A stretch of 64,000 bases of DNA from Anthoceros angustus (GCA_010909165.1 MU008151.1:1106090-1170089), one strand, 5' to 3'; shown: positions 1-13,799, numbered from the stretch's first letter. A program made the numbers and translations. The notes: generated by a model from the letters alone, not told the origin.

Positions 1-39
1 ATGTTACAACACGGCAGGCCTCTCGCTCAAGATCAAACC

Positions 40-900
40 TGACAAAGATGAACATGTTGAGACTCACCTGTCCGCAAAGGTATAGGCACTCAAACCATGT
101 CTTCAAGCCGGAGTTCTCCGAAGGCGAGGAATTGCTTGACTCGGAACGCCGGGTCCCGCTGTGCAAGCCATTTCGCCTTTGGTTAGGATAAAGCGGAAGA
201 TGGAAGATAGGAAACGAGTAGCAAATCATGGGGATGGCGCAGATTGTAGCCTCTTTCAAACCCGCTGCCTCGCCTCCACCGCACTGCGGTCACGGACAAA
301 GACCACCTGCTCGCACTTGACTCGCCCATGTGATCAAATCACAAGCAATAGGAAACTTGTTCCTTGACTCCATCTCGACATGGCAGGCCAAACCGCCCTC
401 CCTTCCTCCGCCTACCGACAAATTACAATGTTTTCAATTGATGGAAATTGGGGAATAGTTTATGAGATGGCAATTTATTCCGCACATCCTTACATGCAGA
501 AAGCATAAAACCAATGGACTCACATTGATCGCTTGTTATCCGCACTTCAGCCGTTATCCATTCATGTTTTCCGCCACCGATCTCATTCCAATTGCATACG
601 ACGAAGGTTGACAAGTGTTACACGCTTCCTTTACTCCTCTTTCTTCACATAACCGGCTTTGCAATGCGCGTGGAAGGCAAGTTTCATACAAGAATTTGTT
701 CTGCTCACACCAATCGCCAAAACACGCCCATACATCGGCTTCGCTTTCCATCTAAGAAAGGGTCATGGTGATACTCTCCGATTTCTCTTCCATATGAGGG
801 GTCAATACTGTGGCACGTGGTCTCTATTCCAAAGAGGCGTCACCCGAGCTCCCCACATGGTATACAAGAATCCCCAATGACGCCATCCTCCGCCCCTATA
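40..900 (-). pseudogene. Possible Ulp1/C48-like peptidase remnant carried by the transposon
   Basis: VVCNWNEIGGGKHEWITAEVRI resembles the His motif. Downstream YLCG..SLNMF (~50-90) resembles the Cys motif. Weak, read by eye. Confidence 0.3.
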
Positions 901-3839
901 TGTGCACATTCTCCAATAATCGGACCACGCTTCCCGCAAGGTACCTCCGTGTAGTCTCGCATCTCATCTTTTGATGGCGGTTGTTGTTGTCCGTTGTTTG
1001 GCATGTGATCGATGCCTTCTCGCCTCAATGCACTCTCCACGTGATCTCGACCTTCATCTCATCCGCTTCACAGACAATGTCTTGGGGAATGGATGTGGGG
1101 TGCGCACACATCCTCCCGACGCCTCCACGCTGCCATTTTTGTGTCCGTTGAGCCATTCCGCGACAGTAACGTGAGATGACTCGTTCCGATCTCCCAGGCC
1201 CTCACCATTTATATTTGATCGCCTTGGGTGTCTGGGCGAATCTGCGCATTGTCCTTGTTTAATTCTCGTACATACCATTATCAAGGACAAGTTTAGGGCG
1301 CATCGCTATTTCCCATGATCATGCTCTGTCCTACATATGTCACATGGCCTTCATGTCTGTATGTGGAAAATGTCCATGTTTTTCGCATGCATGTGCGCCA
1401 GCATTTATAGGCCGGTCGTCCTTGGGTGTCAGGAATAATTAAGTACCATTACTCGATGTATTATACAATATTCAATGTATTAATACACTATTCGATGTAT
1501 GTCATCCCGTGCCATTATCCAAGGATAAATCATCCGTCATCCCAAACTGTGGTAAAACCGGGGCACTCCCGAGGTCCTCCCACTATAGCGCCACACTTAT
1601 CCTAATCGCCAGCTTTGGGTTTTGTCCCATGAGATTGTGTGAAAGTTCGAGGCCTTATGATGATCATGACCACTCGCAGACACAACTCTCACCTTCTAAA
1701 CAAGCAAGGCGCCTTTGCTTGCAAAGAAAAATCACCACTTGCATCGTCAAACCAACTGACCCACTTAGCGGCCACATGTGTGCCCCGCCTTAACCAGCAG
1801 CCCGCCTGTGACCTCCCACACCGCGATTCGTCTACTTCTAAGACCACTCTTCTCCACCTGTGGGGCGCCTTTTACTTGACGGGATCATTCCCTTAGGCTC
1901 GCCTGTGGCCTTCCACTAACACCTACACCTCTAATCCTCTCATCTTCTCATCTTCTCATCTCTCTTCTCATCCTCTTCCTCCTATTCTAACCTCGATTCG
2001 GGCTTCTTGGCCGACTCGCCCTTACGGCTGGCACAGGGTCGGCCTCCACCAAGTTCTTCCTTGGAACTGGTGAGTTTGACACCACTCACCGTGGAGTCTT
2101 TCCTGTGGGCCTCGGGTCTCACCGAAAGTGTTCCACAGGCATCGCCACACACCCAGGCAAAGCAATTTCACAACAACCATTCACAAGGGAGCAACTGTTT
2201 AGGCACTTGCAGAGCAAGTCCTCCACCAAACACTCAAGCCACAACTGACTCTTCACATCACGAAATTTAAGAAATTCCTAATGGCAAAGGACTCGATGAG
2301 GGTGGGAAGGCAAAGACGTGATACTTTACTTTGTGAAATCCTCCTCCTTTTGCAGGAGGCCTTCCACATACACCTCCCTTAGGTGACCCTCCGCGGGTCA
2401 CCTTTTCCAATTTCTATTATTTCCTACCGCGATTTAATGCCACGCACCTAAGTTCATCTGGCCTTGGTGAAATTCTATTCTGTAATTTTCACCCAAGATC
2501 ACCAGGATGTCACCTATCTCTCCTATCCTTGCTATTCTCTCATAGTCCATTTATGGCCTTTGACCATATCCAGTCTTCACCCCTTTGGATTAGGGATGCG
2601 TCCATGGATTGGCTCCCTCGCCTCCTTTTGCTCTTGCCCCTTCGACCTTTGTCACCTTCCTAATGTGTGCAGTACAATCACCTTCCTCCATGGGCGGCGC
2701 CGGATTCCTTTGGTCTTCTGCACCGCCTTCGCGCACCTTCACCTCCGCCGCGCTTTTCCCATCAGCACTCATAGTCTGGGACTCTTGGGGTAGTTCATCA
2801 CCTACCATGGTAGTCTCAATTCTCTCTCCTTCCCCTTCTTCCTCTCCATCGGTGATGCCTCACGGGGTGAGTTCCTCTTTGCTCCTTCCTTGCTGGTTGG
2901 TTTGTCTAGACTTATCATGGAGCATGTTCTTCAAAAGTCTTCTTCCCCAATTGTCAGCCGATGTCTAACTTCTCCGGGCCCTTTTTGCATTCGACTCTTC
3001 TCCTGGCCCTGGTTCTTCTCTTGCTCGTGGGGGAAGGGAACTTCTCACCCCTCCTTCTTCTTTGTGGTGGGTCCTGCCTCGTCCTCCTCGTTGGTTGTCT
3101 CCCCACCTCATTCATGTCGCCACCCACAGCCCGGCTCCTAGCGATTAGCCACCCCGTGGTACTTGTTCACCGGCAGTGAGACTACCAGTTGTCTACCAGG
3201 TAGTCTGGCGACTACGTGGTGAGGTGTCACCTACCGTGGTAGGTTGACCCCAGGGAGGTGGGCTGTCCCCTCACTTGCTCTTCGCGCTATCTTCCACCTT
3301 TGGCGCTACGGCCGCTCCTCATCTCCTCACCCGCCCAGACTCCTCGAGTCCATTTCCTTTGATGGCCTCAGCCAGGCCTGGCCGCACTTGTTGCAGCACC
3401 TTTTGCCGATCATCATCATGAGGACCCAATGTCCTCCTCTACAAACGCAATTCGTTGTTGGCCTTCAAAATTCTATTGTGGAGGGCGAGCCCCAAGCTAT
3501 GATATTGCATTTGGAGATCATCAATCAGTGGGCCCTCTCCACCTCACACCTACCTTTGTAGGCGTCCCTTGGTCAATTCCCCACCTTGACTTGGAGGGTT
3601 ACATTTCCTTGCTTCCTTTAATTTGGCCAATTTTGCCTCAAGGGCATATTCCAAAATCGCAGCTTCCTCACTACCGGTGCACCACCTTCGATGCTCCTCC
3701 TCTTGGAACCTCCTTTGTTCAGCCACGGCCATTTTGCTTGGCAAACTTTTCCTTCTCCTCTGCCAAGGGACCCTCTCAGCTCCATTTGCGTAGGTCTTGA
3801 GCTTCGCCCAGCGCTTCTCCAAATTGAACCTCCGATCTC

Positions 3840-5290
3840 ATGAATTCCTCTTCCATGTCACGGATCTTGATGGCAGGTATGGCCATCATCACGCTTCTTG
3901 GCGTCCAATTCTTTGGACCGCTATCTTCCCCCTCGCCGAGCCTGTTTTGCCTCCGCTCTTGCTCTGAATTGGCTGTTTAGCCATACATCTCCATGAATCC
4001 CTCGCGACACCTTCTCTTGACTGCACACGATCTTGAGCCGAGGTTGGTTGCATCCACTGAGTCACCATATATGTCATGCCTTTAGAACCCGGATTGGTGC
4101 ACACCCCACCGGCTGACTTCATTCTTTCCCACCAACCAAAAACCTTTGCACCGCTTCTCCACTTGCATAGGAGGATGCACCATTGGATATCTTGGACCGC
4201 AGGAAGTCGACATCCGCGGCTCTCGCAGCCTCGATGAAGGATTTCTTCGGCACGTAGTGCCTCTTTAATATGGCACCGCGCCACGTGCTCCCCTTTCCGG
4301 CCTCGACCCAAAATAGCTCCACAAAGATTCTCGCATCCTCCTGCTAGACTTGGGTACCGCCACAAAATAGCTTGGTCCGTGCAAGCCTTAAATTGCTAAG
4401 TCGCACCATCCGACCACATCCAATGCTCTCGTGGACTCTGTATCCATTTGACAAGAGTCCCCAATGTAGCATAAGGGCCGGACAAAGAGAGTGTCAGTCG
4501 TCATGTCATCACTAATGTAAAAGTGGTAAAACTTCGAACATTTAGGGTCCTCCTCCACCACGCCCCATCCGCATATATGTAACATGAACTAGAATAGTAA
4601 CTTGATCACTATGCCAAGGCATTGATTGTATCTCATTCAACTTGAAAAGCATAGTATGAAAAGTCCAAACTATCACATCCTGAAACCAATCAATGCACTT
4701 CAAACCTGTGGCTTGCCATCTTTGGACGTAGTCATGAAATGAAAGCAACAATTTATCCTTAAGAAATTCAATCACGATGATGGGTTTCAGAAACTAGCTT
4801 TATTCGACTTGGAGGTTCCGCCTCATTCACTCCCACCTTCCGATATTCAAGCACCGCCACTTCACTTCATCTCCGAAAATGCTTGTGAAACCTCCTTAGG
4901 ACAGAGGGCCAGCTTGAAACTCCACAGTGATTTACCAAGCAAACATTTTCGCCTATGCCACCTCATCCGGGCATAAACAGAGTGCACCATCTCTGGACGG
5001 ATGAAAAACATCTCCGGCGCGTGGCACTTGTCCCCTCCTCGTTCCTCCACACACCCCATGTACGCGGCACACGAGGTGCACCTTTGATGTGGCATCAAGA
5101 GCGTTCGTGAGTCTTTCAAAATGCCATCTCGACATGGTAACAACAATGTACATTTCTCTGGATTTGATGAAGAAGGGCTTCAGTCAATGCTCACAATCTT
5201 GATATCCGGATTCTCCTTTTGAAAGCGCAAAAATTGGCACATCTAAATGGGACACCAAGATGTGACCAAACAAAGTAGATAGAGTGGAGC
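3840..5290 (-). pseudogene. Frameshifted DDD transposase, Sola2-like
   Basis: Minus-strand motifs in order: LKPFFIK; CCYHVEM; DF..NEIQSM.W.SDQVTILVHV; HFYISDD..DTLFV; HWMWSDGA.xQFK; EAG(H)GKGEH.GAILKR. Many frameshifts. Confidence 0.75.
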
Positions 5291-5389
5291 GGTCACAGAA
5301 AGGACACAGAGCCACATGAAGTGCCCCACTCACAAAGTGTGAGCCTTGTATATCCTCGAGTGAACTCGAAGCTATGAACATGAACATTG

Positions 5390-5660
5390 CAGAGAGCAAA
5401 TGATCGAGCTGGCAAAGGAGGAGCCAGTGATGAGCCAGGGAGCTGGAACCCGACCAGAGCCGAGAGAATGAGAAGGAGCCGAGCAAATGAGCAATAGGTA
5501 AAATGACCGGAGCCAGAGCAAATGACAAGGAGAGCAAATGACAAGGAGCCGAGCAAATGAGCAGATAAAATGACTGAGCCGTGAGAAAATGAATACAGCT
5601 GTGGCAAATGACCATGGAGCGATAAATGATCGAGCGGCAAATGACCGTGAGCAAGAGTAA
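5390..5660. repeat. Degenerate minisatellite (GAGC(C)..GCAAATGA core) inside the transposon
   Basis: More than 10 reiterations of AAATGA/GAGC units. These explain the spurious overlapping Leu/Ser-rich ORFs. Confidence 0.75.
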
Positions 5661-6964
5661 CTAAACAAGAGCTGTGGCAAGCATGGCGCAAGCAAAGAGA
5701 CAAGAAGTGTCAAGCGAGGCCACAGAGGAAACTCGAACATGCAGAGTCAGTAGCACGAAGCTGCGGTCATATACATAGTGATGATCCCGACGGCTTGTCA
5801 AACAAGTTAAAGGGTTAGTGGCGTGTTCAATTGCAAGAATAGACTAGCTTGCACTGGCAAGGAGACGCGCCACCACCAGCGCAGCACGCGCGGAAGCAAA
5901 GAAAGAGAAATTCGTGAACCGAATCACCGAGAGGTATCTAGGAAATGGATGATGTGCGTGCGGAAGACAAGAGGAGCCACCACGCCTCGCATCCTTGGAG
6001 TTGGAGGAAGGCCTTGACGCCGACTCCCAAAATTGCAAAATTTCCTTAACCCCTTGGGGCAAACAATCGAACGAGCCTTCCCCCACACACCAGCCGCCTC
6101 CTCGTGCACTTTGCAAAATCGCTGCGGTTTGAAGATGGCGTACAACTCACCGACCCCAAGGACTCGCCCAAGGCGCCAGCTTGCCTCACGTTAGTTAGCA
6201 CAATATTCATAAAGGTTTGTCTTGCCTTCAAGTGATCGACGCTTGTACACTCCGCATTTTTCACCGCCGATGTTTTGGAAGCGAGGGATGTGGCTCGAGC
6301 CTTCACCCCTACGCAAGAACGGGGAAGAATTCCTTGAGGCCACGAAGCGGAAAAAGCATCTAACACCTTAGCCTTGCTATCGAATTGAAGTGGGCAGTTC
6401 TACAACCGAAAACGTGGCCAAGTTCTCGAGCACGCCCACATTGTGCATCACAGGCCCCATCACGACTGGTGAGATCCCGCCTTTGCAGGAAATCGCCTTG
6501 ACCGCCTGGATGAAAGAGGACCTGTCTTGCCCTCGAGACTAGTTCCCTCCTCACTCATTGAGGGTTCTTCGATCCCGAGAAGCCGCCTCACACCCACCCT
6601 CCGCCGTATGATTATCACCGTGACAATCCTCCTCCATGCGGACTCCCGCCTCTTGCCTAACATCCGCTACGCACAAAGATGCTCCATCTTCCACACGCAA
6701 AGATGCAACTCGAATTTGCTTTTCCTCCACCGCCCAGTGCGTGTTTTGCACCTCAGAGGGAGGCGCTGAGCCATTCAATTCCCTTGCTCGCCCGGACGGG
6801 CTCCCTTCCCGCCTCCTCCTCTCGCAGCTCAAGATCGGGGCACATGGTTCACACACGGCACCGAGCGCCAAGCGCAGCTGGTGAAAGGTCTCGCAGACGT
6901 GAAGATGGCAGGTTATGCTCTCATCGGTGACAAGTGCTGCACCAACATGGGTACTTACCATCTT

Positions 6965-7200
6965 TTGAAAATCCCGCTTAGACAAAACTTTGAAATACAA
7001 ACAAGTTTACACTTGTTTGTGACCATGCTTCACTTTCAGTGTTCCATGTTCACTTGACGACTGCTCTTGAAATTCGCGCCAGGGTACAACTTTGAAATTC
7101 CCGCTTATTCCAAACTTTGAAATTTGAACAAGTTCCAACTTCAGTGTGACAAAGACTCACTTTTAGTGTTCGTGTTCACTTGACGTTATGCTTGAAATTC
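6965..7200. repeat. Two ~125-bp direct repeats, subterminal
   Basis: TTGAAA.TCCCGCTTA..CAAACTTTGAAAT...CACTTT.AGTGTTC..GTTCACTTGACG...CTTGAAATTC occurs twice. Confidence 0.75.
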
Positions 7201-7490
7201 AAATGAGCTTGGTTGTGTGTCTTGTGCTCACTTTTGTATCCAAAGCTCACTTGTCCATCCATGATCAAGTAATTAAATACCAAATGCAAAATCATATCCT
7301 TAAGATCCGGGCATTTCCGTGGACTTGTTGCCATGCTCTTAGTTTTGGGAAAAAACTTGAATCACTTGATCATTATTCTAGCGAGGAGAGTTTTTGGAAG
7401 GTAAATATGTCCATGTGGACATATTTCACGTTCGTCGGCCCCACATAATGTGGTCTACCTAACTGCTTGCACCCATGCGAGGGGGCAGTA

Positions 7491-8042
7491 TGTTCTATTA
7501 GAACAAGACAAACATCAACAATCCAGAATCCATGGCTGGTGCCTACATATATAGGCAAAACCCCGGGAGTTCTCGATGAAGTGTCCACCCGTATCGATGG
7601 TGGGCACTTTATAATCCTACTTTCCTTGGCCTTGAAATAATAATATTTTATGTGTTTAACAGCCTATTCGTCCTTTTCCTTGATTTATGATTTTTATGTA
7701 TTTTCTAATATAAATCGCTATCTATATGCGCTATATCACTTACATGCATAACCATGCATATAGATTGCATGCGCCATGACACATCACCCGCCACATGTCC
7801 ACACATCACATGTCATCCTTCATCTCCATACGCATGCATACATGGCACACATGCATGGCATACATGTCATGTGCAGGCCATCCATGGGCCATGTACATGA
7901 CATCATCAAGCACTTGATCGGGCTTATGCGAGATGCTCCAATCGATATCTAGTCATTTCAAGATTCTTATGCCGGGATGCTCTAGTCGATATCCAATCAT
8001 AGAGTCTTAGGTGCTCTGTTTCCCATACAAGACAAGATGACA
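7491..8042. repeat. LTR-like direct repeat, copy 1 (TG...CA)
   Basis: TGTTCTATTAGAAC...AAGATGACA; collinear with 15975-16526. Confidence 0.85.
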
Positions 8043-8291
8043 TGGCCGCACAGCCGTGATAGCCGCATGCCTACCTAGCTGTCACAAAGCTAAGTCACTA
8101 AACACCACCGTCACATCTCGATCTCCTTGGCCTTGGCCCGAGCAACACCTAGATAATTGTCCTTGGCCTATGACCAAGGGCACTAAAGGCTGGTTTGCCT
8201 AAGAGAGGACATGACCCCCAGGAAACTTGGAGGCCTAGCCACCGGTTTCCCACAAAATTGTCTAGACCATGTGGCCTAGAAAAACACAACA

Positions 8292-8312
8292 ATGCTACCA
8301 ACGCCCCCACCA
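8292..8312 (-). promoter_or_regulatory. Putative polypurine tract next to TGTTGTG
   Basis: Minus strand reads GGTGGGGGCGTTGGTAGCAT followed by TGTTGTG, a typical LTR start. Confidence 0.4.
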
Positions 8313-9759
8313 TCGAGAACGTAGCTTGTCCAACAGTGGTGCGAGGAGGAGGAATGGCGTCATCTTGAGATCCTCATCATCGATGGGTCTTCTTGTGCCT
8401 CTGCTTAATAGTAATCTCGCGCTTGAATCAGATCACAACTTTCTTCCACAAAGCGCTTGCATCGAATCGGGCTGAACAGGATGTGCCATCTGTCCATCCA
8501 TGTCCCCGTAAGCTGTTGGGTATAATTGAAAACGAACTGGGGAAGTGTAGATGTGGCGAGCCTCCGAGAGTTGAAAGCATTCTTCTCCTCTCGAGTCCAA
8601 GCACGATCAACATGAGGGGTCCTCAATTTGTTGGTCGAATGTAAACCGCGAGGCCATCCTACCACATGATGCCGTCGCAAATGATGGAACACTCGAAACC
8701 ATTCCTTGAGAAAAATCAAGCGACGAGGGTATGTGTCCTCAACAATTCCGGCAACCTCATCCCATCAAACCATTGATGCATTTGGAAGTGATGCTGCAAC
8801 TTCCTCCATGCACCCTCTCAGATAGCTTGTCCAGGCCCAAAGGCGCTTGTGACTGGAGCTCAAACAAATCCTGTTCCGGGATAATGCTCCACCGCATTTT
8901 CATGATGCTCCTCAACATACTGAGAAGATGTGAAGCTCATCATAACTTGGTGGAATGCCCTGCTCATCATATCGGGAGTAGAAGATGCTCCACTTACCCG
9001 CATCTTCATCATCCACAAATTGGGGTCCCATCCTCGAAACTTGCTTGAATTGAGACACTCATAGCAAACTCGGAGGGCATGATTCCAAGATCCACCTCGG
9101 CGAGACCTCCTCCATGGTGATGAAACCGCCCCTAGTGCAACGAATTTTCACAGACCGAAGCATAATCATGTGCACTGAGTAGGATCGGAGGCGCTCATTG
9201 CCTTGGCGGTTGCTCCGCCGCCTGCTGGGAGGCGATCTTGGTGTCCTCCGGCTGCCGCCTGACGTCCGCTCGGGTTGAGACCGCTTGCCTCAACTTGCCG
9301 GCTTCCATGTTAGGGAGGATGCTGGTCGCCCCTCTTGCGCTTGAGCGGTGGCCTCCTTCCGACGCTTCACCGCGTGATAGGGCAAGACTTTACGCCTTCT
9401 CATGCACGATGAATGACTCATGGCCGCCCTATCCAAAACAATGAAACCTTTAGAAACCGTGAGGAATTCTCAACTGAGCTTGGTTCTTGTGCAAATGATA
9501 TCCTCCTCGTAGCTATGTGTGCCCTCTTTGTTTCGGTGAATTAGACCCTTGCCTGCCTCTCCTCGTAATTCCTCTTCACAATTCCTTGCACATGCAGCCG
9601 GCTTCTCGAACAACTCTCGCCTTAGCATGTGCAAGATCCCATTCTGAATTTGGCCCCAAGCATCTTGTGTCCTTCTTCACAGCACTGCAATCAGCTTCCA
9701 ACGTGTGTGAATTTAAGACACACATCGCACCACCTTCGTAAGAGCCACGTCACACTTAG

Positions 9760-9900
9760 CACATTACTGCTCACATAGCCATTCTCCTTCCGGAACACCG
9801 TCCGGGTTTGAGGCACAGATGGTAACCACCATACACACATAGCAACATGAATTCTCCATGTGTGCCCACACTCCTCACAGTGGCAAATCACCTGGTGGCG
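9760..9900 (-). other. PHD finger-coding segment at the integrase C-terminus
   Basis: CEEC..GEFMLLC..GYHL.CLKP..VPEGEWLCEQ, read across frameshifts. Confidence 0.8.
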
Positions 9901-12900
9901 TGTCGAGGCACGTGTATCCAGTCGGGCAAATGGCATGGAGCCAAATGCTTCATGTGTTCCTTGCACCTTCGCCATCTCTTCCTTCAAGTTCAACCACACC
10001 TTGCTCACCAACTCGACAACTCTCAAGATAAGCCTCCGACATCCAACGCGTGCTCGGCAAGTACATCTCGGATGCAAACTTGCGCTTTGGGCTTCCACGA
10101 GCCCCACAGATAAGCATACCTCACTGGTCCCGGTGGGCCACAGCCAAATTGTCCATAGCCATGGGAAGAATTCTTTGAAATACTGCCTGGCTTGAACTGC
10201 CAAGCACATTTGCATCTTTGCTCCAATGTGGATGGACCACATTCGCAACACTGCACACGTCCGAATAACAAAAAGTATGGATGAAACTTCCAAGAGCGCA
10301 CACCGAGCACCCAACACGATGTAAGGGAGCAATTCATCCCAACACTTGGGCTCCACAGTAATGCAGTATTTCCTTAGTGCATCCTTGAAGGTCTGCACTA
10401 GCCTTTTCCGCTGGCCATCCCTGTGGATGATCCTCGATGTCCTCCTGTGATCAATGAGACTCGTCAGCAAGGTCCGGAATTCACCTAAACTCACTCGGTC
10501 CGTGAGCACCTCTGCGCAGCTCCCAAATCGGCTGAGCACACACGCAGAAAGCTCACTGGTGTAATGCGAGTTCTCCGTGGTAAGAACTACTTCAACCCAC
10601 TTAGAGAAATGCTCAATCATGACCATGCAATGTCGGTTACCTTGCTTTGTGAGAGGAAGCTCGCATAAGGTCAACCGACCATCTAAAGAATAGCCCCCCG
10701 ATTGGTAGGAGTGCAACACCACATCACGGGTGTTAAATCTAGCTTTGATCGCATCACATGCGCACACTTAGCCACCACCTTCTCGACATCCATACATCCC
10801 CACGTACGTACTCTTCAACATGTGGTGTCCTCTTCACACCAAAGTGGCCAAGGGTTTCGTGCACCTTGGTCACTATGCCCACTCTTTCCTCGGGACTTGG
10901 TACTTTCCTCACGAGTTCTCCTTCGATGTGACTCACCATCTTCCCATGAGTATCCGCCACGCTCGAGTTTAGCCAAGCCTGCTTACCATTCCGCAGCCTT
11001 CCTTCAAGAATCAGATGGCTTGAGGATGTCTCCAAACATCCCCGACGGACTGACATGTCCTTCTTCATGATCATCTATCCCGCCATGAGTGCCATGAAGC
11101 CGCCGGGTGCACCATCATGTGCCCCTCATCCTGCCGAGCTCTGACATCCTTGTCACTTCATCGCTTAGCCCATCCGCATTGTGATGCACCTTGCACCGCC
11201 TGCACGATCTCCATATCGCATTTCGAGAGCACCACCGGCTAGCTTACCACTCAACTTCATGTTGGTCATCACCAATGAAGTGATGATCCGTGACTGTGAA
11301 AACGCCTTCCATACGATAGACCTCAAATGCAATCGCCCATACCGCAAGAAGACACTCTCCCTCATATGAGGAGTAGTTCATGAGTTGTTAGATCGGCTTG
11401 CATAAGCTATCACTCGCTCAACACCATCTCGCACTATGTTGTGACAACACCGCTCAATTCAGCTCCATGCAGAGTGAAAGGGTGATCAAAATTCCCGCAA
11501 GATAGGCTTCTCCGCCAACTGGTCCCAAGATCTTGCCAAGCCCCCTCGGTCTTGGTCCCATTTCCACGCAATGTCTTTCTTCAACAGCTCATGAGGTTTA
11601 CATGTGAACCGAGGTCCTTCATAAACCTGTAATAGTTCACCAAACCTGGAAGGCTCTAAGAGCGCATCCTTTGGTCTAGGCATTTGCATCACGGCGCACC
11701 TTAGCCACCGAGGCATGATGCCTCCGGTACTATCTCATGCCCCAGTACTACCGGAAAGCAAACTTGCATTTCTTAGGATGAGCTTTCAAACGAGCTTGAC
11801 TGTAGCAATATCTCTAGATGCTCCATATGTTCTTCGATTGTCTCATCAAGACCGGATATCATCTATGTAGCAACGCACAAATGGCCTACTCTAGATCCGC
11901 ATTCTTTGGAAATATAGAAGCATTTTTCAGCCCAAACGGCATTGTCTCCCACTCCCAAAGCTGGTCCTTCCCCGTAAAGTCTTGCACTTGTCCCGCTCTT
12001 CAATCACAATTTGGTTGAAGCGAGCGAAGTCCAAGCGGTAAAGAACTTTGCCTTACCTATGGCATCGAAAATCTCGTCTGAGTAGGCATGCTCCATAGGA
12101 GTCACCTCGCTTTAGAGGTCGGTAGTCGCCACACATCCTCCGTCCTTCCATTCACCGTTCTCATCCTTCTTGAGCGGTAGGACGCAGCATATATTGAGAG
12201 CTTGATTTTCTTATCAACCCCGCTCAACAACTCTTGACGCTTTGTCAACAATCTCCCATTCTGCTGAGCGATGGCGGTCCTCCTCAAGACGGGCTCTTCA
12301 TGAGTCGTCACTACTTTGAACTTGATCTTCTCATACCCACCTCCTTCCAAGAATGCAAAAGCACCCTTGTTTTTCTCAAGCATGTTGATGATTTTCGCTT
12401 ATCTTCCGGCTCACATCTTACGCAATGTGCCATACATGAACCTCTTCGACACTCTTGGTAGAGTCAAGATCCACAGGCCATGTCAATCTCTCCAGCAGCT
12501 CATCTTCCTCCGCCTTAGGAACCTCTTTATCCTGCAGAGTTGGAGGAAGGCGCTTCCTTCGGCTTCGAAGTTGGAACGCCTCAGGCTACAATCGTATGTC
12601 AAATGCCTGCCCAAGCATCCGCATCTTGCGATTCGTGATGCCCATGGTCCGAGTGTCCTTCTTGGCAAAGCCCATCGCTTGCTCGCGTTCCTCAACATTG
12701 AGCTCCAAGCTCATTCCCTTCAAATCCGTAATCACACCATCTCCTCCTCCTCAAGGCATAAGATTGCGGTGCTCACCGAGTTGGCCATGCCCTCGGCTTC
12801 CCCTACTCGATTCTGTGGTAAAATGGCAACTTGTCCATCCGCTTCATTCCAGAGCACCTTCCCAACTCTAGGATGTCATCCACGACCTTCCGCCGGAGTC

Positions 12901-13100
12901 GTTAAATTCGTAAGCACCCACATTTGTCCAAGAATCGCGAGCCACACTTCATGATCAACTCATTGCCGAACCACGCCCGAATCTCTTCATACAGGCCCTA
13001 ATTGGACGCTGTCCATGGTCGCACACATTCTCCAATGTACCAACATCGTGATTCGCAATCTGGACTTCTCGCGTGATTCGCGGCGAGCTCGCCACAACAA
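9760..13100 (-). pseudogene. Gypsy pol (protease, RT, RNase H, integrase, PHD), frameshifted
   Basis: RMCGDYRPL (~12130); MPFGLKNA (~11930); CYIDD (~11865); YSSYEGEC and HNADGLS (RNase H); VHETLGHFGVKRT; IEHFSKWVEV; EVLTD; IDHRRTSR; LVQTFKDAL. Confidence 0.9.
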
Positions 13101-13799
13101 ACGCCTTCACCTTTGCACCGTCAAAAATGTCTTGCATTCCCATCCCATCGATATCCACTGGCTTGACAAGGCTTCTAGCGCCGCTTCCCAACCAGTTCAC
13201 ATCTCAGGCACCTCGATGACCTCGAATCGCTTCTCGCCAGTGTTGGATACCGCTTAACTCGAGGATTCGACCCCTAGCGGCTGAATCTTCTCATCCTTTT
13301 CCACGCAGTATATTGCCGTATCGACGCCACACGCAACACCGCCGCATCGCCCCGAGCGAGCTCCAAATGGATGCCTTCGCCCACCTTCCATCGTACTAGA
13401 GCATCGCCGATGCGGCCGATCTCCGACTTGGCGGGCCTCATACCGGGATCGACCTCTCGTGACATGTGTCCGTGAGATTCCACGTCGATCCTCCTTCCTT
13501 CTGGTTTTCGAACCTCGCTTGATCCAAATATTTCGAGCGCACAACCTTAAGCACACCTTCCGCTCTCTTGGCTTGGCATCTCAGAGAGGATAACTCCGCC
13601 TCCCACATCTCATGTCGATGCTCACTCGAGCACTGTGGCAATCATGGCGCTCGTCATCCTCGCCCGCTCTTGCCACCACTCCTATTCATCCTTAGAGGAA
13701 TTTGCAACATGCGTGAAATCTCCTCCACCGTAATGGTCTCAGAAAGCTTCAGCGTGCAAGGGATCAACCCCATGGCGTGACGGTGAGTTCCATCCGACC

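Larger units (their letters stand above)
1..7442 (-). mobile_element. Decayed DNA transposon, Sola2-like; left end outside the window
   Basis: Transposase motifs at 3.9-5.3 kb. Subterminal direct repeats at 6965-7200, a palindrome at 7403-7426, and a candidate terminus 5'-GGGGCCGACGAACG at 7442. The second TIR and the TSD cannot be checked. Confidence 0.55.

Noticed and set aside
8310-11160. C5 DNA methyltransferase captured in the Gypsy, as known for some charophyte elements
   Set aside because: No FxGxG, PCQ or ENV motifs seen, and the RNase H-integrase linker is short.
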